Shown here: in pieces, positions 38,826 to 47,342 of the stretch
How the letters are laid out: every line of letters starts with the position of its first letter
How positions within the stretch are numbered: position 1 is the stretch's first letter
Assembly (NCBI GenBank): GCA_937928755.1
Contig: CALEZI010000101.1
Coordinates: forward strand, 30,509 to 94,508
Reading direction: 5' to 3'
Length of the DNA: 64,000 nucleotides
Source: an uncultured Rhodanobacteraceae bacterium
GTDB taxonomy: Bacteria > Pseudomonadota > Gammaproteobacteria > Xanthomonadales > SZUA-5
Program-made: the position numbers and the translations under genes
Notes under the pieces: generated by a model
Told to the model about the DNA's origin: nothing
What the model saw: the letters and a program-made list of their open reading frames with translations, nothing else
Databases searched by the model: none

Positions 38826-39734
38826 GTGTTCGACGCCCCAAAACCGACGCTGGATTGCCGTGGCCGACTCCTGATCCTGGATCGGCCGCGGATCATGGGG
38901 GTGGTCAATGTCACCCCCGATTCGTTTTCCGATGGCGGCGAACACGCCGACACTGCGGCGGCGGTCGCCCATGCGCTGGCGCTGATCGCCGACGGCGCCG
39001 ATGTGATCGACATCGGCGGCGAGTCGACGCGTCCGGGCGCTGTCCCGGTCTCGATCGACGAAGAATTGCGCCGCGTGATTCCGGTGGTCGAGGCACTCGC
39101 CGCCGCGACCACGCTGCCGATCTCGATCGACACCAGCAAACCCGAGGTCATGCGCGCTGCGGTGCAGGCCGGCGCCGGCCTGATCAACGATGTGCACGCG
39201 TTGCGCCAGCCAGGCGCACTCGACGCGGCCGCAGAGTGCGGCGCAGCGATCTGCCTGATGCACATGCTCGGCGAGCCCGGCAGCATGCAGCAAGCGCCCG
39301 CGTACGACGATGTCTGTGGCGAAATCCAGCGCTTCCTGACCGATCGCATCCTCGCTTGCCAGTTCGCCGGCATCGACAAGAAGCGCATCGTCATCGATCC
39401 CGGGTTCGGCTTCGGCAAGACGCTGGAGCACAATGTCGAACTGCTCGCGCGCCTGGATTCGTTCAAGGTGCTCGGTTGCCCGATCCTCGCCGGCTTGTCG
39501 CGCAAGCGCATGATCGGCGCGCTGACCGGACGCGAGCACGTGGGTGAACGCATCCACGGCTCGGTCGCCGCCGCCTTGCTCGCAGTGCAACGCGGCGCGG
39601 CCATCGTGCGCGTACACGATGTCGCCGCTACGCGCGACGCGCTGGCGGTATGGCAGGCGGTGGTGGCGCATACGCCAACTCGCGTGGCGCCGGATTCGCG
39701 ATCGGTATCGGCAAGTCTGTTCGACGACGACTAG
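38826..39734 (+). CDS. folP: dihydropteroate synthase
   Basis: IMGVVNVTPDSFSDGG, DIGGESTRPG, INDV, GFGFGKT. GTG start. Confidence 0.93.
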   Translation: MFDAPKPTLDCRGRLLILDRPRIMGVVNVTPDSFSDGGEHADTAAAVAHALALIADGADVIDIGGESTRPGAVPVSIDEELRRVIPVVEALAAATTLPISIDTSKPEVMRAAVQAGAGLINDVHALRQPGALDAAAECGAAICLMHMLGEPGSMQQAPAYDDVCGEIQRFLTDRILACQFAGIDKKRIVIDPGFGFGKTLEHNVELLARLDSFKVLGCPILAGLSRKRMIGALTGREHVGERIHGSVAAALLAVQRGAAIVRVHDVAATRDALAVWQAVVAHTPTRVAPDSRSVSASLFDDD

Positions 39735-39778
39735 CACTGGCTCTGGGTGGGAGTCCACTGCTTCGGTGCGCACCTTCG

Positions 39779-39964
39779 CGCATCAAACAGTCAGTGACCG
39801 TGGTTATTTGTCCGCAAAGGACGCAAAGGACGCAAAGAACGCAAAGGGAGCACGACGCGGTGATAGTGCCGAAGTCAGATTTCCCCCTGCTGAATCACAA
39901 GCAGGCTTTGCTCTTCTTTGCGTCCTTTGCGGACAAATGATTTCTTTCAGTCACTTACGGTTTG
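39779..39964. repeat. family B MITE-like element, copy 3 (longest)
   Basis: cgcatcaaac flank, tccgcaaaggacgcaaaggacgcaaagaacgcaaag ... ctttgctcttctttgcgtcctttgcgga, and ctttcag flank. Confidence 0.8.
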
Positions 39965-40016
39965 TCTGGAGAGAGTACTGGTCGCTCCTGACGCCGCGCC
40001 TGTTCGCGCATCGAGG

Positions 40017-40104
40017 CTGTGGGAGCGGGTTCATCCCGCGAAAGCTCTCGCGGACTGAATCAGATGCCACATGAAAATCAATGACTTGCGACATGCCTGG
40101 TGAG
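40017..40104. repeat. composite 88-bp unit: REP (CTGTGGGAGCGGGTTCATCCCGCGAAAGCTCTCGCGGA) plus tail ..CCACATGAAAATCAA.G.CTTGCG.CATG...GGTGAG
   Basis: Same composite at 2665..2752, colinear by eye. Confidence 0.8.
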
Positions 40105-40223
40105 TGCGGGCTTTTCCGCAATCAATGGCAATTCGGGCTCGCGATTCGGGGGCGCTCCCGCTCGCGCGGTTCGCCCGCTTGCATCCCCTTGCTAGCGGCT
40201 TCCAAGTGACCGAGCATGCACGG

Positions 40224-41597
40224 ATGAATGAACGCAAGTATTTCGGAACGGACGGCATTCGGGGTCGGGTCGGCGAAGAGCCGATCACGGCTGAATTTGC
40301 GCTGCGCCTGGGGCGCGCGCTGGGCGCGGTACTGGGTCGCGAGGGCGTGCGGCCGCAGGTGTTGATCGGCAAGGACACACGCTTGTCGGGCTACATGCTG
40401 GAGTCGGCATTGGAGGCCGGGCTCGCCGCTTCGGGGGCTGACGCGGTGTTGCTGGGGCCGTTGCCGACACCCGCTGTGGCCTTCCTGACGCGCAGCCAGC
40501 GAGCGACAGCCGGTATCGTGATCAGCGCCTCGCACAATCCCTACGAGGACAATGGCATCAAGCTGTTCTCGGCGTCGGGCGAAAAGCTCGACGATGCCGT
40601 GGAAATGGCGATCGAGGCCGAGTTGGAGACTCCCGGTCCATCGGCCTCCCCACGCGACCTCGGCAAGGCAACACGCCTGCCCGACGCGCCAGGACGCTAC
40701 ATCGAATTCCTGAAATCGCGCCTGGACGGCGACCTGTCGGCGCTTGCCGGATTGCACGTCATCATCGATGCGGCACATGGCGCGGCTTATCAGGTTGCGC
40801 CGCGCCTGCTCGACGAGTTGGGCATGCGCGTGGGATCGATAGGCATAAGCCCGAATGGCTTCAACATCAATGACGGCCATGGCGCCACCGACGTCACGGC
40901 ATTGCGCGCCGAAGTGGCGCGTACCGGAGCCGCCATCGGGCTGGCGCTGGACGGCGATGCCGACCGGCTGATGGCAATGACCGCCGACGGTCGTCTGGTC
41001 GACGGCGACGATCTCGTTTACGTGCTGGCCAGGCATTGGCACGCGCGCGGTGTGCTGCGTGGTCCGGTGGTCGGCACGGTGATGACCAATCTCGGCATTG
41101 AACAGGCGTTGCGCGATCTCGGCATCGGATTCGAGCGCGCGGCGGTCGGCGACCGGTACGTGCACCAACGCCTGTGCGAGGTCAACGGTATTCTCGGCGG
41201 CGAAGCTTCGGGGCATGTGATCTGCCGCCACAAGGCGAGCACCGGCGACGGTTTGATGACCGCGTTGCTGTTGCTCGAAGTGATGGCCGAGAGCGGTCGC
41301 CCGCTGTCTGAACTGGTCACCGACCTGCACCGATTCCCGCAGAAGACCATCAACGTGCGAGTGACCCGCAACGCAAAGGCGCTGCTGCAGGATCGCAGCA
41401 TCCAGGCGACGCGCGCATCGGTCGAGCGTACGCTGGGCGAGAACGGCCGGCTGGTGCTGCGCGCGTCCGGCACCGAACCGCTGGTCCGTGTCACGGTCGA
41501 GGCGCGGGATGCGGCGATGGTGGAAGCGCAGGCGGGTTTGCTCGCCGATGTCGTGCGACGGGTCGCCACCGCGGTGGCGGATGCCGAAGCGGCTTGA
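40224..41597 (+). CDS. glmM: phosphoglucosamine mutase
   Basis: Start moved to ATG 40224 (MNERKYFGTDGIRGRVG). Active site SASHNPYEDNGIK. GEASGH is present. Confidence 0.95.
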   Translation: MNERKYFGTDGIRGRVGEEPITAEFALRLGRALGAVLGREGVRPQVLIGKDTRLSGYMLESALEAGLAASGADAVLLGPLPTPAVAFLTRSQRATAGIVISASHNPYEDNGIKLFSASGEKLDDAVEMAIEAELETPGPSASPRDLGKATRLPDAPGRYIEFLKSRLDGDLSALAGLHVIIDAAHGAAYQVAPRLLDELGMRVGSIGISPNGFNINDGHGATDVTALRAEVARTGAAIGLALDGDADRLMAMTADGRLVDGDDLVYVLARHWHARGVLRGPVVGTVMTNLGIEQALRDLGIGFERAAVGDRYVHQRLCEVNGILGGEASGHVICRHKASTGDGLMTALLLLEVMAESGRPLSELVTDLHRFPQKTINVRVTRNAKALLQDRSIQATRASVERTLGENGRLVLRASGTEPLVRVTVEARDAAMVEAQAGLLADVVRRVATAVADAEAA

Positions 41598-41605
41598 GAC
41601 AGTAG

Positions 41606-41723
41606 CCTGGGAGCAAGTTCATCCCGCGAAATGTGGGAGCGGGTTCATCCCGCGAAAGCTCTCGCGGAGTAAATCCGCTCCCACAGCAAAAGCGAAACCT
41701 GCGGCCTGTTCGGCTCCCACAAG
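41606..41723. repeat. REP cluster (two forward units, two partial inverted units)
   Basis: cctgggagcaagttcatcccgcgaa; tgtgggagcgggttcatcccgcgaaagctctcgcgg...ccgctcccacag; ggctcccacaag. Confidence 0.85.
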
Positions 41724-41731
41724 AATCGGCC

Positions 41732-42931
41732 TCAATGCGCCGGCGCCGAATCGTAGCTCAGGCCCTTCTTGGCCGCCTGTTCCTTGACCGCGCCGAAGAT
41801 CTGATAGTCCAGCGATTGTCCGACCTTGGCGTCTTTGCTGAGCTCGCTTTCGATGTACTGCTGGCGCTGTTCGGCGAGCGCCGCGATGTCCTTGCTCAGT
41901 GCATCGCGCTTGCCCTTGGTGTCCATCACCCGCTTGCGCTGTTCCTCGGTAGAGAGTTCGCGCAACGGTTCCGGCAGTTCGGACTTGTCGATGGCGGCGA
42001 GATCGACGCGGCCACTGGCGACGTCCTCCACCAGTTCGCTGTCGCCGAGGAAATTCCTGGCGCCCGATCGCGAGGTATTGAACGCAGCGCGTTGCGCCAG
42101 CGATCCGACCGAACCGCCTTCATTGAGCTTTGCCGTCGCGGCAGCCTTGCTGCGTCCACGCTCGCGGGCCTTTTCGTCGCCGTAGAACAAGCGCGTGTCG
42201 TCGAGTTCCCGCGACAGTCGTGCCATGTCGGCGTCGTACGGTGTCGCTACGGCGACTGCATCGCCTTGTTGCCCGACCTTGAAATACGCGCCCTGGCTGA
42301 GCTGCGCGATCTGCACCCATTCGGTTTGGGTAGCCGGATCGTCGCCAGCCTGGATGGTGTTGACGATGATGCCGCGGGCCGCAGCGGCCTGCACCGTGTC
42401 CGGATACTTGACGTCGTCCGGGTAGTCCATGTGCGCCTGCGCGTCGCCGACCAGGAAGATCACCTGATACGCGGCCGGATTCTGACTCCAGCCGATCTTG
42501 TGCACGGCATCGAACAGCGCTTCGTTGACCGCCTCGGGGCCGTCGCCGCCGCCGCCGGCATTGAAGTCCATGAGTGTCGCGTACATCGAGTCCAGATCAT
42601 CGCTGAGATCGACGACTCGGGTGACGTAGTGATCGCCGCGATCGCGGTAGGCGACCAGACCGACGCGGATGTCCGGCTGCGGATGTGCCGATGCCATGGT
42701 CCGGGCGATCGACCAGATGTTGTTCTTGGCGGCGTCGATCAGGCCACTCATGCTGCCCGTGGTATCCAGCACGAACACCACCTCGACGACCGGGCGCTGC
42801 ATTTGCGCAGCGGCGATCGCAGGGGTCTTGACGGGCATCGGCTCGGTGTCCTGGCCTCCCCGCAACGGGTAGGCGTAGACGACCACGGCAGTCGCGAGCA
42901 GCAGTGCGGAAACAAGCAGCTTGGTTTTCAT
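41732..42931 (-). CDS. secreted von Willebrand factor A domain protein with charged coiled-coil-like C-terminal region
   Basis: Signal peptide MKTKLLVSALLLATAVVVYAYP. VVFVLDTTGSMSG (MIDAS-like), then GGGDGPEAV, then FLVGDA. The start was derived from track ORF 41732..43618 (M230). Confidence 0.8.
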   Translation of the reverse strand: MKTKLLVSALLLATAVVVYAYPLRGGQDTEPMPVKTPAIAAAQMQRPVVEVVFVLDTTGSMSGLIDAAKNNIWSIARTMASAHPQPDIRVGLVAYRDRGDHYVTRVVDLSDDLDSMYATLMDFNAGGGGDGPEAVNEALFDAVHKIGWSQNPAAYQVIFLVGDAQAHMDYPDDVKYPDTVQAAAARGIIVNTIQAGDDPATQTEWVQIAQLSQGAYFKVGQQGDAVAVATPYDADMARLSRELDDTRLFYGDEKARERGRSKAAATAKLNEGGSVGSLAQRAAFNTSRSGARNFLGDSELVEDVASGRVDLAAIDKSELPEPLRELSTEEQRKRVMDTKGKRDALSKDIAALAEQRQQYIESELSKDAKVGQSLDYQIFGAVKEQAAKKGLSYDSAPAH

Positions 42932-42945
42932 GGGGTATCTCCGGA

Positions 42946-43500
42946 TCAGGAACGCAGGGACAGACGCCGCAATGCGGTTTCGGCATTGCGGTAGGAGGAT
43001 TCGAAATCGGATTCGCGGGCGATGGCAGGTGCGCGCACCGCCCGGACTGGAACAAACGCGACCAGCGCCTGCACCAGGAAGAAGCTCCAGAGCGTGAGGA
43101 ACAGGCTGTGCGTGTGTTGCGCGGTGGCGATGGCGGCGGCCAGCGCGAAGCCGCTGATCAAGGCATCGGCGCCGGCCGGAATCAGACTGTCGTAGCGTTG
43201 CAGCGAGCGCAGCAGCCAGATGAACCCGGTTTGCAGCAGCATCCAGAGGCTCAGCGGTGGATTGAACACCAGCAGCAGTCCGGCAAGCCCGAGCCACGCC
43301 AGCGCGGCGACCACGCGACCGCTGTGCCGCGGATCGTAAGCGAGCATGGCCAACACATAGCTCATTGCCGACACCAGGACGATGAGGCGCAGCGAATGGC
43401 CGCTTCCCAGCACCTTGGTGAGTAGCGCGTGCAACACTGCACCGACCACGCTGATGACCACTGCCAGCAAGGCGCCGCGCCAGAAGGTGAGTGCTTTCAT
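42946..43500 (-). CDS. polytopic membrane protein, unknown family
   Basis: MKALTFWRGALLAVVISVVGAVL... with about 5 TM segments. The ATG overlaps the TGA of the upstream pspA-like gene (ATGA at 43497..43500). Confidence 0.65.
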   Translation of the reverse strand: MKALTFWRGALLAVVISVVGAVLHALLTKVLGSGHSLRLIVLVSAMSYVLAMLAYDPRHSGRVVAALAWLGLAGLLLVFNPPLSLWMLLQTGFIWLLRSLQRYDSLIPAGADALISGFALAAAIATAQHTHSLFLTLWSFFLVQALVAFVPVRAVRAPAIARESDFESSYRNAETALRRLSLRS

Positions 43501-44036
43501 GAGGCCCTCCGTTGCCGTTCGCGCAGCAGTGCGAGGTCGATGTCGGCTTCGCTGATGCTGCAATCGCCGCCGCTCCAGCGCGTGCCGTAGACGTCCGCGC
43601 CGGAGGCGATCTCGACATCGAACAGCGCCGCCTTCTGGCGCATCGATTCGAGCCGAGCGGATTGCTGTTCGAGCAACGGCGTGGCCTGCTCGATCTGCTG
43701 CGTCAGCAGTGCGCCGCGCTGTTCGAGCAGACGTTGCAGGCGCTCAGCCTCCAGCCGGCGCCGCAGGCAGGTGCGCAGCAGCGCCTGGTTGTCGGCGGCA
43801 AACGACAGATCGATCTCTTCGCGGATGGCGCTGAGCGTGCGCTCGATCTCGCTGCCGCGGCGCAGCACCAGCTCGCGCTCCAGTTCCAGTGCCTTGAGCT
43901 GCTGCGTCTGCTCGGCGAGCGCCGCCTCCATCTCGCGGATCGCCTGGCGCAGCAGCGCGTCCGGCTCTTCGAGTCGGTCCAGCACGGCGTGGACATCCGC
44001 CGCGAACAATCGGGTGATGCGGTTGACGATCGCCAT
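43497..44036 (-). CDS. PspA/IM30-family protein
   Basis: MAIVNRITRLFAADVHAVLDRLEEPDALLRQAIREMEAALAE parallels E. coli PspA [40 protein letters not shown]. The remainder is coiled coil. 179 aa. Confidence 0.8.
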   Translation of the reverse strand: MAIVNRITRLFAADVHAVLDRLEEPDALLRQAIREMEAALAEQTQQLKALELERELVLRRGSEIERTLSAIREEIDLSFAADNQALLRTCLRRRLEAERLQRLLEQRGALLTQQIEQATPLLEQQSARLESMRQKAALFDVEIASGADVYGTRWSGGDCSISEADIDLALLRERQRRAS

Positions 44037-44125
44037 CGTGGCACTCCAGCTGCGGAAGGTGTGGCCATCTTCGGCAGGGAGCGATTTGCGCAACAGGACC
44101 CGTCGTGCAAACTCTCGGCGCGTGG

Positions 44126-44142
44126 GTTTACATGATGTTTAC
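44126..44142. promoter_or_regulatory. direct repeat GTTTAC-N5-GTTTAC (11-bp period), candidate OmpR/PhoB-type response-regulator site
   Basis: gtttacatgatgtttac read directly from the sequence. AT-rich island in the spacer between the pspA-like operon and the RR/HK operon, 90 bp upstream of the pspA-like ATG. Confidence 0.3.
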
Positions 44143-44160
44143 GTGCGCGGGGTCGTGAGG

Positions 44161-44306
44161 TCGCTACGCTCCTCGCAATGACGAGATCATGAACCCGTCA
44201 TTGCGAGCGCAGCGAAGCAATCCAGTGACTCTTCCTGGTTCTCCCGTTGCTCGGATGAAGCAAAATCGCTGGATTGCTTCGTCGCTACGCTCCTCGCAAT
44301 GACGAG
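44161..44306. repeat. family C hairpin repeat, copy 3, plus an extra half-arm
   Basis: Half arm 44161..44185. Full element arms 44197..44227 and 44268..44306. Confidence 0.85.
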
Positions 44307-44361
44307 ATTCAGACCTTGCGTTCATGCGTCCAACCGAACTTGCTCACAGCCCCAAGAAGCC

Positions 44362-45066
44362 ATGACCCGCAAACCGCGCCTGTTGATTGTCGAAGACGAA
44401 CCGGCCATCCGCACCGGGCTGGTCGACGTGTTCATTTACCACGGCTACGAGGTCGAGGCGGCGGTCGATGGCGACCAGGGTCTGAGCCGCGCGCTCAGCG
44501 GGCGTTTCGATCTGATCCTGCTCGACGTGATGCTGCCGGGCCGCAATGGCTTCGATGTGCTCGCGGCGATTCGTGAGGCCGATCGCGAGCAGGCGGTGAT
44601 CATGCTGACTGCCAAGTCGACTGACGAGGATGTCGTGCACGGGTTGTCACTGGGCGCCGACGACTACGTGGGCAAGCCGTTTTCGATCGCGCAACTGGTG
44701 CTGCGCGTGCAGGCGGTGTTGCGCCGTGCGCATGTCGGACTCGAGAACGAGGGACAGATTACGTTGCGCGGCGATTGCCAGGTCGACGCGCGCAATCTGT
44801 GCGCTCATACCCCAGGCGGCGACATCGCTTTCACCCGTCGCGAGATGGAGGTCCTGCAGTACCTGGCGGCGCACGCCGACCGCCCCGTGCCGCGCGAAGA
44901 ACTGCTGCACAAGGTGTGGGGCTACGCGCGCTACCTCGAGATCGAAACGCGCACGGTCGATATCCACATCGCCAAGTTGCGCCGCAAGATCGAGCCCGAT
45001 CCGCGCCAGCCGCGGCACCTGATCACGGTGCGTACCGGCGGCTACCGCTTGTTGTTGGAGACCTGA
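44362..45066 (+). CDS. OmpR/PhoB-family response regulator
   Basis: RLLIVEDEPAIR..., DLILLDVMLPG, LTAKS, GADDYVGKPF. Winged-helix C-terminus (TRREMEVLQYL...RTVDIHIAKLRRKIE). The track start 44299 lies inside a repeat. Confidence 0.9.
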   Translation: MTRKPRLLIVEDEPAIRTGLVDVFIYHGYEVEAAVDGDQGLSRALSGRFDLILLDVMLPGRNGFDVLAAIREADREQAVIMLTAKSTDEDVVHGLSLGADDYVGKPFSIAQLVLRVQAVLRRAHVGLENEGQITLRGDCQVDARNLCAHTPGGDIAFTRREMEVLQYLAAHADRPVPREELLHKVWGYARYLEIETRTVDIHIAKLRRKIEPDPRQPRHLITVRTGGYRLLLET

Positions 45067-45067
45067 A

Positions 45068-47122
45068 ATGCGTGGGCGACCCGGCCACGGCTACAGCCCG
45101 GCGCGCCTGCGTCTGGTGCTGGTCCTGCTGGTGCTTGCGCTGGCCGTGCCGAGCGCGGTGCTGGTGTGGCAGACACAGTTGCAGTTGCGCTGGGAATCGC
45201 TGCACCAATACCGCACGCTGGCCGAGGAACTCGCGACGCGCATCGACATCGAGCTGCAGCGACTGATCGCCATCGAGGAAGCGCGGGCCGAGGGCGATTA
45301 CCAGTTCCTGGTGCTGGCTGGCGATCCGAACACCTCGAAGCTGGTGCAGCGCTCGCCGCTCGCGCAGTTGCCCGTTGCGGGCAGTTTCCCGGGGCTGGTC
45401 GGGCATTTCCAGGTCGACAGCGAAGGCCGCTTTTCGACGCCACTGCTGCCCGAGTCGGTCGGCGACCAGGAAGGTCTGGGTCTCGATGACCGCGAGCTGG
45501 CCCAACGCACAGCCGTGCGCCAGCAACTTTTCGAGGTGCTCAGTCGCAACCAGATGGTGGCACCGGTACGCGAACGCCTGGCCGCGGACAAGTCGGCAGG
45601 CGCCAGCCGGCGCGCGCAGGCCGGTGGAAGCGATGCGCGCGTAAACGAGGCGGCCTACACGGAAGGCGAGAGCGACTACCAGGGACAGGCGGCCTTCGAC
45701 CAGTTGAACACGGTCGCTCAAGCCAGGGACCGGCAACAGGTCGGTCGACTCGGTCGCGTCGATGAACTGCGTCTCGGGCGCGCCTATGTCGAATCCGGCA
45801 AGAAGGATCAGAGCGGGGCCGATGCGGATGAGGTGCAGGCGTTGTCCAACGCCGTCGCCCGCGGCAAGCGGACCGAGCAAAGCGCGCTGCTGGAGAAGGT
45901 CGCCGTCGATGAGCTTGAGGATGCCAGGTTGAACCCTGGTCGCGTGCGCATCTTCGAGAGCGAAGTCGACCCGTTCGAGTTTGCGCTGCTGGACAGCGGT
46001 CATGGCGTGCTGTTCCGCAAGGTCTGGCGCGACGGCCAACGCACGATCCAGGGCGTACTGATCGAGCAGGGCGCGTTCATCGACGGTGTGATGGCCAAGT
46101 CCTTTCAGGGAACCGCGCTATGGGAAATGAGCGATCTGCTCATCGCCTGGCAGGAGGACGTGCTGCGCCTGATTCCCGGTGCGGTCCAGGGTCGACGTTT
46201 GAGCAGCGTGCGCGAAGTCAGTGGCGAATTGCTCTACCAGACCCGGTTGTCGGCGCCGCTCGACCGCCTGCAATTGATCTGGAGCATCAAGCGACTGCCC
46301 GCCGGACCCGGCGCGCGCATCGTCTACTGGGCCAGCGCGCTGCTGTTTGTCGTGTTGTTCGGCGGCCTCTACGTGCTCTATAGGCTCGGCTTGCGACAGA
46401 TCCTGCTGGCGCGCCAGCAACAGGACTTCGTGTCGGCCGTCAGCCACGAACTGAAGACGCCGCTGACCTCGATCCGCATGTATGCCGAGATGCTGCGCGA
46501 AGGTTGGGCCGACGAAGACAAGAAGCGCAGCTACTACGCATTCATCTTCGACGAGAGCGAGCGCCTGTCGCGACTGATTGCCAATGTGCTGCAACTGGCG
46601 CGCATGGAGCGCAGCGATTTCCGGCTGGACCTGAAACCGGTGCGCATAGGCACGCTGATGGACTTGCTGCGCTCGAAAATCCATACGCAGATCGAACGCG
46701 CCGGATTCGAGGTCGAGTACCGCATCGACGAGGCCTGTGCGGAGAACGAAGTCAGGGTGGATGCCGACGCCTTCAGCCAGATCCTGATCAACCTGGTGGA
46801 CAACGCAATCAAGTTTTCCCTCGCCGGGCCCGAACATCGCCTCGAGATAACCGTCGCGTGCACCAGCAGCGCCGCGGTCATCAGCGTGCGCGACTACGGT
46901 CCGGGCGTTCCCAGATCGCAGATGAAGAAGATCTTCCAGTTGTTCTACCGCAGCGGCAGCGAACTCACCCGCGAATCGCTTGGCACCGGCATCGGTCTGG
47001 CGCTGGTGCGCCAGTTGGCGCAGGCGATGCGCGGCGAGATCGACGTCATCAACCGCGAACCCGGCGCCGAGTTTCAGTTAACGCTGCCGTTGCAGGAGCG
47101 ACGTGTGCGTCGCGACCAGTGA
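45068..47122 (+). CDS. sensor histidine kinase with about 330-aa extracytoplasmic domain
   Basis: TM1 LVLVLLVLALAVPSAVLVW and TM2 IVYWASALLFVVLFGGLYVLY. H-box FVSAVSHELKTPLTSI. N, G1 (DYGPGV) and G2 (GTGIGL) boxes are present. Confidence 0.88.
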   Translation: MRGRPGHGYSPARLRLVLVLLVLALAVPSAVLVWQTQLQLRWESLHQYRTLAEELATRIDIELQRLIAIEEARAEGDYQFLVLAGDPNTSKLVQRSPLAQLPVAGSFPGLVGHFQVDSEGRFSTPLLPESVGDQEGLGLDDRELAQRTAVRQQLFEVLSRNQMVAPVRERLAADKSAGASRRAQAGGSDARVNEAAYTEGESDYQGQAAFDQLNTVAQARDRQQVGRLGRVDELRLGRAYVESGKKDQSGADADEVQALSNAVARGKRTEQSALLEKVAVDELEDARLNPGRVRIFESEVDPFEFALLDSGHGVLFRKVWRDGQRTIQGVLIEQGAFIDGVMAKSFQGTALWEMSDLLIAWQEDVLRLIPGAVQGRRLSSVREVSGELLYQTRLSAPLDRLQLIWSIKRLPAGPGARIVYWASALLFVVLFGGLYVLYRLGLRQILLARQQQDFVSAVSHELKTPLTSIRMYAEMLREGWADEDKKRSYYAFIFDESERLSRLIANVLQLARMERSDFRLDLKPVRIGTLMDLLRSKIHTQIERAGFEVEYRIDEACAENEVRVDADAFSQILINLVDNAIKFSLAGPEHRLEITVACTSSAAVISVRDYGPGVPRSQMKKIFQLFYRSGSELTRESLGTGIGLALVRQLAQAMRGEIDVINREPGAEFQLTLPLQERRVRRDQ

Positions 47123-47146
47123 GACATCGGGGCCATTCGTGGCCCC

Positions 47147-47172
47147 GGTCGCGACGCAAGCGTCGCTCCTAC
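47147..47172. repeat. SMAG-like REP unit (reverse orientation; complement reads GTAGGAGCGACGCTTGCGTCGCGACC)
   Basis: ggtcgcgacgcaagcgtcgctcctac, preceded by hairpin GGGGCCattcgtGGCCCC (47129..47146). Confidence 0.7.
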
Positions 47173-47213
47173 CGAACATGGCGCAACAGTTTGATTTGTA
47201 GGGCGTGCAGTTT

Positions 47214-47296
47214 GAGGGCACGAGGGCACGAGGGCACGGAAGAGCTCAAGCTTGCTTCGAAACTGCTTCTACGTGCCCTCGTGCCCTCTTGCCCTC
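47214..47296. repeat. hairpin element family D: arms made of tandem GAGGGCAC 8-mers
   Basis: gagggcacgagggcacgagggcacg (47214..47238) / cgtgccctcgtgccctcttgccctc (47272..47296). Single copy in this window. Confidence 0.8.
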
Positions 47297-47342
47297 CAGT
47301 TCGATGCGCGAATAAGCGCACCGCCAGGGGCGACCGGGACTC

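Noticed and set aside
44037-44125. Sigma-54 promoter upstream of the pspA-like gene (TGGCCACACCTTCCGCA).
   Set aside because: GG-to-GC spacing is off by one relative to TGGCAC-N5-TTGC. It lies only about 20 nt from the ATG, and no PspF-like enhancer-binding protein is present.
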